From Octopus sinensis (taxonomy: Eukaryota), in the NCBI RefSeq assembly GCF_006345805.1, contig NC_043006.1, forward strand, positions 102,982,001-103,046,000: a stretch of 64,000 nt of DNA. The letters run 5' to 3'. Under the pieces are notes generated by a model. It was not told where the DNA came from, ran no database searches, and saw only the letters and a list, made by a program, of their open reading frames with translations. Positions 12,070 through 25,050 of the stretch are shown here, piece after piece. The stretch's first letter is position 1; every line of letters begins with the position of its first letter. The translations under genes and the position numbers were made by a program.

Positions 12070-12378
12070 TATACCCTTTTATCCTTTGCTTGTTTCAGTC
12101 ATTGAACTGCGTCTAAGCAGGGGCATCACTTTGAAGTGTTTGGTTGAACATAATGGCCCTCACTACTTATTTCTAAAATCTGGTAGTATACTATGGGTCA
12201 CTTTTGCCAAACCAGTAAGTTACGGAGACGTAAATAAACCAGCACCGGTTGTCATACGGTGGTGTTGACACAAAAACACGCACCCCTCACACACACACGA
12301 CGGACTTCCACAGTCTCCGTATACCAAATTCAATCGGAAGTGACTGATCATCCGAGACTGTTGCAGAAGACACTCACA
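12070..12378 (-). mobile_element. SINE family B, diverged
   Basis: gtttcagtcattgaactgcg..agttacggagacgtaaa..ccagcaccggttgtca..(CA)n..cagtctccgtataccaaatt..gaagacact. Confidence 0.75.
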
Positions 12379-12394
12379 TATTTGGCTTGACCGA

Positions 12395-12880
12395 TTCAAT
12401 CTATACTGTCATCAATTCTTGGTATGGGGTATGAATCTGTCTTAGACAAAGAGTTCATTCGCTTTAGGTCTGTATGACAGCGAAAAGTATCATCAGGCTT
12501 CAGTACTAGGATGTACGGCGAGCTCCACTCACTGTCATTTGGTTCAATGATGTCATTTTCCAACATGTAGTTGACCTCTTTTCGGAGATGTTCCAACTTG
12601 AGTGGGTTAAGTCGATAAGGATGTTGTTTAACAGGTTTTGAATCACAACATCAATATCATGACTAACTAAATCAGTACGACCAGGTAATCCAGGAATAAG
12701 TGTACGTATTCATGAAGCAAATCTGACAATTGACATTGTTGTTCTGGAGTAAGTTTAGCTATCTTTTCATGAATATTTGCTAACGCTTCAGAATCATTTA
12801 ACCTTGGGTTAGCATTCTCAGCCAAATCCATCAAATTTCAAATGCTCACATTCTTCTTTCAACTTGTCTGAATCTTGATC
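12395..12880 (-). mobile_element. Gypsy reverse transcriptase N-terminal fragment
   Basis: PVKQHPYRLNPLKLEHLRKEVNYMLENDIIEPNDSEWSSPYILVLKPDDTFRCHTDLKRMNSLSKTDSYPIPRIDD. Confidence 0.9.
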
Positions 12881-12896
12881 AATAGGGAAGGCAATA

Positions 12897-13250
12897 GCAA
12901 GTGACATTGGTGTCGGTGGTGTTCTGTTTCAATCAGATGCAAAGGGTGTTGATCATCCTGTTTGTTATTACTCAAAGAAATTTGACAAACACCAGCGAAA
13001 CTATTCTACCATTGAGAAAGGAACCCTTGCTTTGTTGTTGTCATTGCAACATTTTGACGTATATTTGGGACCCACCAAGTATCCCATTGAAGTATTAACC
13101 GACCACAATCCGCTGACTTTTCTGCACAAGATGAAGAACAAAAATCAGAGATTAATGAGGAGTTTAACTTTGCAAGAATTTAATCTCAATATTTAATATA
13201 TTAAAGGTAAAGACAATGTCATTGCGGATGCACTTTCTTGAGTCAGCTGA
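12897..13250 (+). mobile_element. Gypsy RNase H fragment at the end of pol
   Basis: ASDIGVGGVLFQ..HPVCYYSKKFDKHQRNYSTIEK..TDHNPLTFL..KGKDNVIADALS*. Confidence 0.9.
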
Positions 13251-13349
13251 CTCTGACAGGATGTTACACGTATTTGTATCCCTTATGCAGTTCTCATATT
13301 TTGTCATTGTAAATAAGAATGTGTTCACTGCGTTCAACTTTCTTCCTTT

Positions 13350-13759
13350 AAGGGGGAGAATGTTATATATATCTATAATCAGTGCAAATAACGAGAAAAT
13401 ATAATGAAGGAAGAGAACTTACAATGTTTACTGAATGAGGAGAGATAAGCGTTTGTGATGAGAGAGAGTTCAGAAGACAGCAACGGCATTGCGTGGATAG
13501 TACAAAATACGAGAGAGAGAGCTGCATACGGATTGGACATTACTTTGAACACTCGAAGACTGGACATGAAATTCTTTTGATATTAACTTATTTGCAAATG
13601 GATTGCTAAAATATTAAATATATCCTTTAATTGACTTATATAAAATGCCTTTTTGTTTCATAATTTCATCTTTGAATGTTAATTCACTGATTTTACAATT
13701 CTGTTGTTGCGTTCAGAAGTTCGCCCCTTTTATATCTTAGAATCTGTCTGACCGTAACA
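13350..13759 (+). mobile_element. Polypurine tract plus 3' LTR
   Basis: PPT aagggggagaa at 13350-13360, immediately followed by TGTTA (13361) and ending GTAACA (13759). Confidence 0.8.
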
Positions 13760-14480
13760 CTTCTGAAAGCTTTTTGATTGTACCAATGTACCGCTCCCTG
13801 TTCACGGTTCAGGCGTTCTCCAGAAACCAATAAGAAATATTTCCTTGTCGTCCCCAAAATAGAGCCAGCATGAATTTCTGTGCTGATCGCTGGCTCTTGT
13901 ACTTCTTAGGACTTGGAATAAATATATGACACCATTCCTTGGACTGAGCCTTCGTTTCTTACTCGGAAAGATACATTCACGTTTCATACTCTGTCACCAG
14001 ATCGGCGAAAATGTAAAGCGTTATTGGTTTCAAACGCTTCCAGAGGATCGAGGGGGACTTATATGCTTCTCTTCTATTCAGATATCAGTTGTTAAGGTAC
14101 TTACTTTTCGATAGCTCATATCCTCCACCATCTTCTCTAATGCATTGCGAACACAATCCCATTGAGCAGCAAAATCACGGGTTGCGACTTGTTTGTCTTC
14201 GCGAAATAAGTCCTCCACTCTCTGGCGATTCGTGTCTGTGGTTGTAGTTGGTAGTTTCCCCACTGCTTAGTTTGTTTTCAGTACCAGTTTCCTCTTTCGT
14301 AAACTTTTTTCATTCAATTATTTTCATTGCTTTTGTCAATGGTGTCATCTTCGTAAATAACATCAAACCTTCTGTGGATATCAAGCACTCTGCACCACGC
14401 TTTCGTCATGAAGTAAAGGACGGCGCGTTATTTTGCTCGAGTTCCATCATGTGCCTGAAATGGAGAAGCTCTGTCGGGGA
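13760..14480 (-). mobile_element. Decayed mariner transposase (HTH to first catalytic region)
   Basis: RQRVEDLFREDKQVAT..MSYRKVS; LVTEYET*..ETKAQSKEWCH..PSPKKYKSQRSAQKFML..TVNRERYIGTIKKL. Confidence 0.8.
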
Positions 14481-15594
14481 AAAAGCTATTACAGATGTTA
14501 TTCAAACTATGTAGGCCAGTTAAGTTATGCTAACGTTTTATGTCAACTATTCCAGTGTACAAATAAGGCAACGTAGATATTTCAGTCTCACACAAAACAT
14601 ATGGAAACGCCTCTGTTACAGATGAATTTTGGATACAAAGGCCATTAAAGCAAAGTCAAATTTATTCAGTTAGTCAAAGAAATTAGGAAGGCTTTTAGTT
14701 CAGAGGTTAGGGTGTTAAACTCATGATCATAATGACATGAATTTGATTCCTAGATGGAATGGTATGTTATCTTAGGCAAGACAACGATTCCAAGTCCCTC
14801 CAGTCCACTCAGCTGAAGATGAGTACAAGGTTAGTGCTGCTTTCGCTCTGTCCATGACGACCTGGAAATTCGGTTGGGCAGGAAGGATCGAGAGGGCGTC
14901 TATATCTGCGCAGGAGTACAAAGGTATCGAAATTAATGAACGAAAGCATCATATCAAATAGATTTTAAAACACACAAATATAGATATGAGAAAAAAAAGA
15001 AAATCCCCGAGTTTCTAAATATATCAGATGAAATTTACACTCATAAATTAACATAATCAATTACTATAATCAGTTCATACCAATTCTTATATTAGGATTT
15101 TGAAATTTTCAGTTATGTCTTTCATCAATTACACCGTTCCTATGACCGTTGTTTAACATACTTCCATTGTCTCGATATACAAAAATTTTCAATCATTTTT
15201 TCTACACAAAATTACGTTTTCATTATGTTTTCAATACTGTAATTACATTCACTTTACTATTAACAATCGCCTGTACTAAGATTCCTGATTTCATACAGCT
15301 TGCCCAGCGAGGCCAAACTAGCGGCTGTTTACTATATGGTACGTAATTTCCGAGCAAGCATAACGGCAAATATTGGGTTATCATTTATCCTAGACATCTA
15401 AGGAAGAGGAAGCTGTAATTCTATTGAAGGAAAAATGTGTTAGTTTCAGGTCGTCTGGTGCAGTTTAATTTAGGCTAATTTGGCGAGGCTTCACGTGTTT
15501 CTTATCTTTAATTCGTTCCACTTAAATCAGCCAAGCGAGAACATCAAACATACATATACAAATGCATCCATGCAATTATGTATGTATATTTGCG

Positions 15595-15677
<83 letters not shown>

Positions 15678-16464
15678 GTGTTTGTGTGTGTATATATATA
15701 TATATCCATATATATATATATGTATCTATATATCTATATATATATACATACAAACATATATAACTCTTCAAATATGCATATATATGCATACATACAATCA
15801 TACATGCAAACATGTATGTATGCATATATTTCTATATATATGTACACAGACACACACACATCACATGCACGCGCACACACACACAGTCACACACATACAC
15901 ACGCACACACACACACACATCACATGCATGCGCACACACACACACACACACACTCATATACACGCACACTTTCAGACATACAGATTCATGCATACACAAA
16001 TAACTGAATACATACGCATATACACATATAGAATCAACTAACGCAAATATTAATACATCAGTACGTACCCAAATGCATACATTTCACCCCCACCACACCC
16101 CACCCCGCATACTCACACACAGAGTCACGCACAAACACTCAAACACACCACTAAATCTACAATTCTGCTCACTTAAAATACACAACACAAACGAAATCCA
16201 TCATGCTATAAATCTATTTCCCCCAATTCTCTTTCTTTATGTCTGTCTGTAATAAACTCCCCGCCTCCTCATTTATTCTCATGTTAACCAATAAATTACA
16301 CAGAAAAGTCTCACTTCACATCACATCGCTGCTTGTTTCTATTTGTCAATATTCCGTAATAAATATTTTCTTATTTGCCCTCGTTTATATTTATGAATCT
16401 GTGGTGAATGTACCGTTAAAATGAGAGATACACAGAAAAACAAGCGTAATATATTAATTTACAG

Positions 16465-16697
16465 AAGGCGGTGAGCTGACAGAAACGTTAGCACGCCGGG
16501 CGAAATGCTTAGCAGTATTTCGTCTGCCGTTACGTTCTGAGTTCAAATTCCGCCGAGGTCGACTTTGCCTTTCATCATTTCGGGGTCGATAAATTAAGTA
16601 CCAGTTTCGCACTGGGGTCGATGTAATCGACTTAATCCCTTTGTCTGCCCTTCTTTGTCCCCCTCTGTGTTTAGCTCCTTGTGGGAAGTAAAGAAAT
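16465..16697 (+). mobile_element. SINE family A
   Basis: Near-consensus copy; TSD-like aatatatta(a)tttacaga on both sides. Confidence 0.9.
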
Positions 16698-17107
16698 ATA
16701 TATTATTTACAGATGAGGGCAGCGGTTTAGTGGGACTGTTGAGGCATCGGGAGAACAAGAAACAAATAAATACTTCGCAGAATTTTCCTCTGGCTCTTTG
16801 TGCCCGGAGTTCGTATCTCTTCAAGGCCAGCTTTCTTATTTTTCCCTTTGGGATCGATAAAGCACAGTACCAGTGAATGATATCACAGGTAGCTCCTTTC
16901 CCCACAAAATACTGGCCTTGTCCCTAAATCATGAACCAGTTTTTCTCAATAAACATGTTCTTATTTGTTCCTGCTTATATTAGTGAATGTATGTTTGTGT
17001 GTGTGTGTGTGTGTGTGAGTGTGTGTGTGTGTGTGTGAGTGAGTGTGTGTGTGTGTGAGTGTGTGTGTGAGTGAGTGTGTGTGGGTGTGAGTGTGTGTGT
17101 GTGTGAG

Positions 17108-17148
<41 letters not shown>

Positions 17149-17762
17149 AAAACCGTTGAAATGTAACTTACACATAAAAACGAGCATTAGAGTGTTAATT
17201 CATGGATCAGAGCAATTGATAAGCTTGATCCCCTGAGGGTCGGGCAAAATGTCTTTCAGTTTTTAATTACAGTTCGTTATATTCCGAGTTCAAAGTCCCG
17301 CTGTGGCCAACTTTAACTTACATACTTCTGGGCCCTGCAAGACAAAGCACTAACATACTAAAGGTGATGTAATCGATTAACCTCCCTCCTGCCCGTCCCA
17401 CCCTTCATAACTCTTGCTCTTGAAACCTTTCTTATAAAATATTCTTAATTCCCGAATCAAATCAGCAGATTCACTGAGTCAATATGAAGCCGACCAAAAG
17501 ATCGCAGAGTATTTACTTAAGTGCCTTTTACGTTGTGAATTCACATCAACATTAAGTCACAAATGTTTTTCCTCTTTCTGAGGATGATAGACTTCAATAC
17601 TAGTGAATATTAGAGAAGATTTAATCAACTATCTAGCTATTTATGATACAGTATATGGGTATATCTTATACCTATACGATTTTATATTTCTATGATTAGT
17701 TGTATTTGTTACGTCACCCTCAGTTGTAATATTTTTCATATTAATATTTCTTGTATTAATGC

Positions 17763-18215
17763 AAGGCGGCCAGCTGGAACAATCGTTAGTACATCGGGAA
17801 AAATGCTTTGCGGCGTTTCATCCGTTAACGTTCTGGGTTAAAATTGCGCTGAGGTCGACTTTGTGGGGTGATCTTTTCGGGCTCGATAGAATAAGTACCA
17901 GCTGAGTACTTGGGTCGATGTAATTGACTTAACCCCACCTGCAAATGTACTGGCCTTGTGTCAAGATATGAAATCAATATTTCATCTATTATTACAGGAT
18001 GGCGAGCTGGAAAAAACTTTAGAAACGTTGAGCAAAATGCTTAGCAGCATTTCGTACGTCTTTACGCTCTGAGTTCAAATTCCACCATGGTCGACTTTGC
18101 CTTAAATCATTTCGGGGTAAATAAAATGAGTACCAGCTGAACACTGGGGTCCATGGAATCGACTTATTCCTCCCATATATTTACTGTCATTTTGCCTAAA
18201 TTTGAAATCAGCATT
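17763..18215 (+). mobile_element. Two tandem diverged family A SINEs (~17763-17980 and ~17998-18215)
   Basis: Each has a ggcg.gctgg head, a gtcgactttg core and aagtaccagctga..gggtc. Confidence 0.8.
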
Positions 18216-18652
18216 TCGCCTATTATTATTTCCTTATGGACATCATGCACCATTTCTTATGTATATAGGTATAACGGGTGTTCGTCTGTATTTCGACCTG
18301 CTCTTTCTTCTCTCTCCTCTTGTAAACGTATTAAACTCGGAACGTCAAAGTTACTTCCAACGACTTCAGATTTTTCGCAGACTCTGATACCGTTCCAACT
18401 GGTTTTCATCTCTTTTTTTGTTGTTGATATTCTTGATGTTAACTTTTAACGCATGCGCTCGCGCAAACACTCACACACCTATATGTGCATCTGCTTATAT
18501 CATTATATGAATGTAAAGTATGTATATGCATGTATATGTATATATGTGAGTGTGTATGTATGTCACACGAACACAAACATCTTTGTGAATATATGTGTGT
18601 ATGTGCGTGTGTGCTTATGTACGTGTTTTAACCAGTAATATCAGATTTAATA

Positions 18653-19165
18653 TCTATATATATAAAACTGTAGTTGTGTGAGTGTCTGTCCCCTTCGATT
18701 TAGATTCCTAACTCCTCCCACATTTTGCGGTGCAGTTTAACCAAATTCGGGTATCTTATAGTCGTGATTCATATCGAGCCCGTCTGAGTATTAGCGCGCG
18801 TCTACGATGAGTCTACGATTTTAAAAATAATTTAACATCATTTTTTATTCCATCTTAATGCATAATTTTTCGTGTGTCGATGGCGGCGGAGTTGGCGTCC
18901 ATGGTCACACCTGCACCTGTTTGCTTCTCCCCCTTCTTCCCTCCCTCGTGAAGCTGTGGGGAAGGGAGTGTAAGGAAATCAACGTCGTAAAGCGTTGTTA
19001 AGGAGACCAGCGTTCTTTTAGAACAACGACTTCATGGCTTGAAGACACCAAAACAGAAATGGCAAAGAAAGCCCGAATTGGCATCTATAAGGGAAGTAAC
19101 TCTCTAAAAATGCTTATATAGTTATTTCCCTTACAAACCCGAGCAACGCCGGGCGATACTGCTAG
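18653..19165 (+). mobile_element. Non-autonomous Helitron
   Basis: A|TC start, subterminal hairpin cccgagcaacgccggg, CTAG|T end, no TSD. Homologous copy at 62969-63361. Confidence 0.85.
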
Positions 19166-19406
19166 TATTTACTATTAAAATACGAAAATAGTTGCCAGAA
19201 ACCATGATTTTACCATTTATTTCTCTTGCAAAGCGATAAGCATTGAAAGTGAAGTTATAGTACCACATTTCTCAAGAGTTGATTTACCTGGATTAGAGAT
19301 TAATTATATGCATTCTATATTCTATGTAACTATTATCCTATGTAATCCAATGTAATCTAACCTACATAGAAAAATTCTAGCTTGTTTTAGGATTCTGTAA
19401 CTAGTA

Positions 19407-19570
19407 AGCGCAGTTGTGACAATGTGGTTAAAATGCTTACTTCCGAACCATACGATCGTGGGTTCAGGCCAACTGCGCAGCTCGCTTAGCAAGTGTTTTC
19501 TACTTTGTTCCCGGGCCGATCAATACATTTTAAGTAAGTTTAGTAGACGGAAATTGAAATCAACCCGTCA
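19407..19570 (+). mobile_element. SINE family B head
   Basis: gtgtggttaaaatgcttacttcc..gggttcagg..gcaagtgttttctact..agacggaaattgaa. Confidence 0.75.
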
Positions 19571-19574
19571 TGTA

Positions 19575-19635
<61 letters not shown>

Positions 19636-19646
19636 GCATGTGTATG

Positions 19647-19686
<40 letters not shown>

Positions 19687-19779
19687 GTTTTTTGATGTCA
19701 TGTACCCATATATGCATGTATATATACATATAGATGTAGGTATGTAAATATATGTATGTATATGTGCATATATTTATAT

Positions 19780-20480
19780 ACTATATATATTATTATATGG
19801 CCGAACGCCACGCATCCTTTTCCAAGTAAGTTTTATCTTAATAATTATGATGCGCACTCTTCACCTTTACTAATTCTCCTCTATCTCTCTCCCTCTCTTG
19901 TTTTTCATCCTTTCTGGTTTTCTCTCTCACCCTTCCCTATTCTTCTCCTTTCCCCTTCTCTCTTACCCCCTCCTCCTCCTCCTCGACCCTCTCGTCACTG
20001 ACACGTGACCAGAGCGAAGCTATCTTTCCAACTGCTATCTTCACCAAGATCAAACCGCTTATCCTGTCTCTCTCATAAGCTGTCTCAAGCGTTCAGAATA
20101 ATTTTTCCGTCGCCTTGGCTTTACAACCCTTATCGTTTGTTTTTACTGTGTTATTCTCTTTGTTCTGTCTTTTACTGTTTCTACTGTCTTGTTTTGTTCT
20201 TACTGTCCTGTTCTTGTTACCATTTTTACCCCTCTGCAAAAAAAACCCAAATTTGATTTAATTTGCTTTGCAGGAAGGACTGTTTCAATGAAGTCGCGCC
20301 TTGTCCTTACCTTCGTAACTCGGAGTAGACGAAACAGGGACAACTGAAGAAGGGGAATATTCCTTGTGTTGTATGTCTTGTACTCTGATTTTTCGTTGTT
20401 TGAAAAAAATGTTCGTTTCCATGTTTTCGTTTTTGGATTTTCGTTTCTGATTGTGATCAACGTTTTTTGATGTCCAATGC
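19780..20480 (+). mobile_element. Probable Penelope-like 3' UTR remnant with degenerate hammerhead (~20282-20344)
   Basis: Pyrimidine-rich tract between (TA)n runs; gtt-tcaatga-a-gtc..gac-gaaacaggga-c-aac. Flanking sequence cccatatatgca.gtatatatacatatagatgtaggtatgt is duplicated at ~19705 and ~20480. Confidence 0.4.
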
Positions 20481-20565
20481 CCATATATGCACGTATATAT
20501 ACATATAGATGTAGGTATGTACATGTATGTATGTATATATGCATATATTTATATAATATTTATAT

Positions 20566-20604
<39 letters not shown>

Positions 20605-20901
20605 GAGAGAGAGAGAGAGCAACAAGAAAATGAAGGGGATCAATAGGTGGTTCATCAATTATAGACATTATATTACGTTAACTTATTTATTCATTTAATT
20701 ACTAAACTGAGAATTACAAGAGTATACATACATGTATAACATATGCTTTACATATAAGATATAAAATATATTAATATATAAAGATACCAGTAATTATAAC
20801 AATATAACATGCATGTATATAAATTGGGAAAATAACTTACAGCTGTTTCAGCCAAGAGACAAAAATACCTCATTCTACCTTTATTACTCAAGTATACTGA
20901 A

Positions 20902-20953
<52 letters not shown>

Positions 20954-21109
20954 AAATATTCATACATACACACAAACGTTATATTCTTCATCATCTTTAT
21001 AATCATCTCGTTCTTCGTTTTTTTACACCCGTTTTGCTTTAGTTTCACTTTATTTCACTTACATCACACTCCCTCACACATACACGCACACATACACACA
21101 CACACCACA

Positions 21110-21245
21110 CGAAGGGCTTCTTTCAGTTTCATTCTACCAAATCCATTCACAAGACTTTGGTCAGCTCGAGGCAAAGGTAGAAGACTCTTGTCCAAGGAGC
21201 CACGCGATAGGACTGAACCCAGAACCATGTGTTTTGGGAAGCAAA
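21110..21245 (-). mobile_element. SINE family B head
   Basis: gggcttctttcagtttc..accaaatccattcacaagactttggtc..gactgaacccagaaccatgtg. Confidence 0.8.
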
Positions 21246-21929
21246 CTATTTCATGTATATAAGTCACGAATGATTGTGTATTTATGTGTGTTTACTTACG
21301 TTTTCTATACGGAATATTTCGGTGTATATTTGTCTGTATAGTTATGTGTACAATTGTTTGTGAAACTGTGCCTGTACGGAAGCTATTAATAACATCTCGT
21401 TTTGTTGATTTTTCCGAGAAGACATCAGTAGTAACCAACTCAAACACTGGACAACTAATTGATGATGTTATTGAGAGTTCTACAGCATTTGTCATCGTTT
21501 CTTCTGAATGATCGACGGTTGTCAACAAACGCAGTTTTCTATTTTAATCAGTCATTCGGTTCCTCCTGTTCCTCCTCCCACACCGTCTCCTGTCCTGTCT
21601 CATCTCTCTCCCTCCCTCCCACTAGTTTACTACTCCACCTAACCCTTCTGTGTGTAAATGAACGAATGTACCTGCGCGTGTGTGTCGCTGCATCTGTGTG
21701 TGTGTGTATGTGTGTGGCTGTGGTGTGTATGTCTGTATCTGTGCGCGCGTGCATGAGTATATATGATTGTGTGCAGGCGCGTGTGCTTAACCGAATGGTC
21801 ATGTTACCTGTATACGTGCTCATACACAAACACATATATATATTTGTATAAATTTATTTATGTTGGTGTGTTTCTGTATGTGTCTGTGTGTGCATGCGCG
21901 TGGGCATGTACATACATACATACATATAT

Positions 21930-21975
<46 letters not shown>

Positions 21976-21979
<4 letters not shown>

Positions 21980-22109
21980 TAATCCAAACATGAAAGCACA
22001 AAGAGAAAACACAACAACGCGAGGACGTGGAACAAATATAGTATTATTGGACGCTCAGGAAAGAAGGAAAGAAGTAGGGTTGAACGTTCGAGCGGAGCTC
22101 TTCGTCAGA

Positions 22110-22114
<5 letters not shown>
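21976..22114 (-). mobile_element. Hammerhead-bearing mini-element family H1, copy 1
   Basis: Homologous to 29458-29611, 29961-30163 and 43460-43627. Motif at 22079-22112 lacks one A of GAAA. Confidence 0.8.
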
Positions 22115-22185
<71 letters not shown>

Positions 22186-22204
22186 AAGAGAGAGACAGAC
22201 AGAA

Positions 22205-22353
22205 AGGTCACAAACTTGAGGGTTCTGACTAGCACTGCTTTTGCTAAAAATAAGAGTTAAAACAACTCAAAAGCCACAAGGCTTTTAAGTTGTTTTAACT
22301 CTTATTTTTAGCAAAAGCGGTTCTAGTTAGTACCTTCTGTCACTTTATGACCT
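22205..22353. repeat. Hairpin with ~70-bp arms and 4-nt loop (MITE-like or fold-back)
   Basis: gcttttgctaaaaataagagttaaaacaactcaaaagcc-acaa-ggcttttaagttgttttaactcttatttttagcaaaagc. Confidence 0.85.
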
Positions 22354-22406
22354 CTATTAATTTTGTCTTTAGGTTCTAATTGCTAATAAGCCATCATTTT
22401 AATATG

Positions 22407-22468
<62 letters not shown>

Positions 22469-22499
22469 ATACATAATGAAATGCAGATCACAGCAAAAG

Positions 22500-23792
22500 T
22501 AAAAAGACAACAAAAAGTGAAAAAGTGTGTGATTTACGCCAAACTTGTGTGGTGGACGTATTATAAATAGGAAGTTAACAAAAGCAATTTAACAATGTGA
22601 CTTGTTGAAGGAAAAATAAAATGTATCTACTCTGTAAATATTAGTAATGATAATAATTTATGTATATTTAATGAGGATAATGTTTTTCGAACATAATTTC
22701 GAACTTCGACTTTTTAGCATTTAGAAAAATGTGCTGAATTTTCAAGCAGTCAGTTCTTGCTAGAGAGGTGTATATTTTTATTTTATTTTGTTGTGTTTAT
22801 TCATATATTCAATAATTTAATTCATTAACTTATACGTATATCAAATTATGTGTTCATTACTTTTTATTTCAATTATTCTTAACTTCGTAATGACCCCAAC
22901 GCTGTTTCAAAGGAAAATTTTACATATTTTAAGTGTTGTGCTAGCTGTCATTAGAAAGGAAGGTGACCCCATTCACGAGTATGAAGGAGACTACGCCGAT
23001 AGGTTACACGTGAACACAGATCCATATAAATGCATCGACTTCCTATATACACGCATATATACCTATTTTATAGAGTGATGTTGACTAGAGCACAAAGGTT
23101 CGAGTTCACAAGTTTTCGTATCCAAGTGGGCAGACATTCTTACATATTCTTAAACACTGATACAATTCCCAACGTATTTAACTGAGAGAAGTGAAAAAGG
23201 AAAATAAAAGGACAACCACTTTGTACTTTCTTTGTTTATCTTCTACTATATTGTGGCACTGGTACTCTGTCGGTTATTACGACGAGGATTCTAGTCGATC
23301 CGATCAGTGGATCAGCCTCCTCGTGAAATTAACGTGCAAGTGGTTGAACACTCTACAGACATATACCCTTAACGTAGGGAGATTCAGCGTGAAACAGAAT
23401 GTGACAAGGCTAGCCTTTTGAAATACAGGTACTACTCATTCTTGTCAGCCGAGTGGACTGGTGCAATGTGAAATAAAGCGTCTTGTTCAAGTACACAACA
23501 CGCCGCCTGTAATCGAGCTCCCGACCTTACGATAGTTAGCCGAATACCATAAATCACTAAGCCATGCAACTTCGTACTGTGCCACTGGTATTGGTGATAA
23601 TTTGTATCGTGAAAATGTACAGTGAGTTAATTTGACATCATTCTGTATATAAGTTTTGCTAAACGCTGAAAAGTCTATGTAACGGTTCAACAATCAATTA
23701 TGCAATTTTGACTGTAATTTGCCGAAACGTGTGTATGTTTTATAAAGCATAGGATACACAAACACCAGAGAAAGAGAGAGAGAGAGAAGGGG

Positions 23793-23858
<66 letters not shown>

Positions 23859-25050
23859 ACAATCGTACGTAGTTTTGGGGGTAAAACAAGATGGCTTGAA
23901 AAGAGAAAATATTTTTAACACAAGAACGAGCTATAGTTGCAGTTTGCACAATGACCAGCGTTGCAATAGTAACCGTTGTATACTGAGTTGTTTTTGTTTT
24001 GCTTTACACAAGCCTTAACCAACTGTTCTAAGTTAAGGTATTACAGAAATTTTCCATCATTACCTTTTTCTTTCGTGAGTCAGTCATAGTTCGTAGGCAA
24101 ACGACTTACACATAGCCTTCTACCGTTGTTTCTCAAGAAACGACTGTAAGGACACCACGTTGCGCCCCAAATCATGCGAATGAAAATCTCTCCCTGTGGT
24201 TCTTGATACCTTTGTATTTCGCCAGATAAGCAGTTCAGTTATTCATTCATTTCCTGTGTGTCTGAAGAAAGTATATTAAAATAATAACAGAATTTCCCAA
24301 ACAAAAAGATTTCCCAGGAGAGAATCCCATTTTTGAATGAACTGATTCAAGTAACGAAGCACTGAAGATAACAACGTTATAATTGATTTTTGAAACAATT
24401 ATTTAAAATCATTATTAGAGTCATTATTTTCTAATAAAATAATTCAAAGAAACTTTCATGAAAGGAAGACGTAAATATTGTGTAAGTATATAAATATTTT
24501 GTTAACTCTTCCAGTGCACCTGAAATAACAAGACGGGTCTTAATTGGAAAACCTTTGAAAATAAATTCAGCTCACAGAAAATAAACTACGAATGTAACCA
24601 GGAGTTAAATATAAAACAATGTTAACTCTGGTGCGGACAATTTTATCGAGTATAACAGTATTCTTATGATCTTCGTTACGAAGTACAAAACGTGGTGATA
24701 AAGCGTCAAAATAATCCCTTTATTCGCAAAAGAAGGTTCAGAAGATTTTGAAATGATAATGGACAGAGAATCAATAATCGTTATGGTTCCGAATAAACCA
24801 TAAAAAATACAATGGGTAATGAGTCTCCATAAGTAGAAACCTGGATGTAAATATCTTCTATGCTTTGTAGCGATGTGGCTCGTTTCCATTTTGATGACAT
24901 AACTGGCATATTTAGTAATTATAGGGCTTGCTTTATTTATGTAGCGTATCTTTAGTATGCAGACGTTTGGATCATTACTAATTTCAGTAGTCAATCCAGG
25001 TAATGCAAAGGTTAATTTCTCTTGTTTTACTGTTTTCAATAATCACTGGT
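22500..25050 (+). pseudogene. Decayed TRPM2-like channel pseudogene (pre-S1 to NUDT9-like domain)
   Basis: Colinear remnants: QTCVVDVL (22540); LLFISIILNFVMTPT..DRLHVNTDPYKCIDFL (S1-S3); FLHIL and KDNHFVLSLF (S4-S5); FSYSF (24234); LIFETII*NHY; SYDLRYEVQN..NNPFIRK; LLCFVAM; VVNPGN. Many stops and frameshifts; interrupted by a SINE and repeats. Confidence 0.55.
23255..23568 (-). mobile_element. SINE family D (own core, tail shared with family C)
   Basis: Reverse complement: tRNA-like head, cttgaacaagacgc..ccagtccactcggctg core, then gtacctgtatttcaaaaggc..cacgttaatttcacgag..taaccgacagagt. Confidence 0.75.

Noticed and set aside
15480-16041. Long ORFs rich in YI/HT/CV, and similar ORFs across the window
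   Set aside because: They are translations of (TA)n, (CA)n, (CTAT)n and (TAT)n microsatellites.
24605-25039. 144-aa minus-strand ORF as a real gene
   Set aside because: No recognisable domain; it is antisense to the NUDT9-like remnants.
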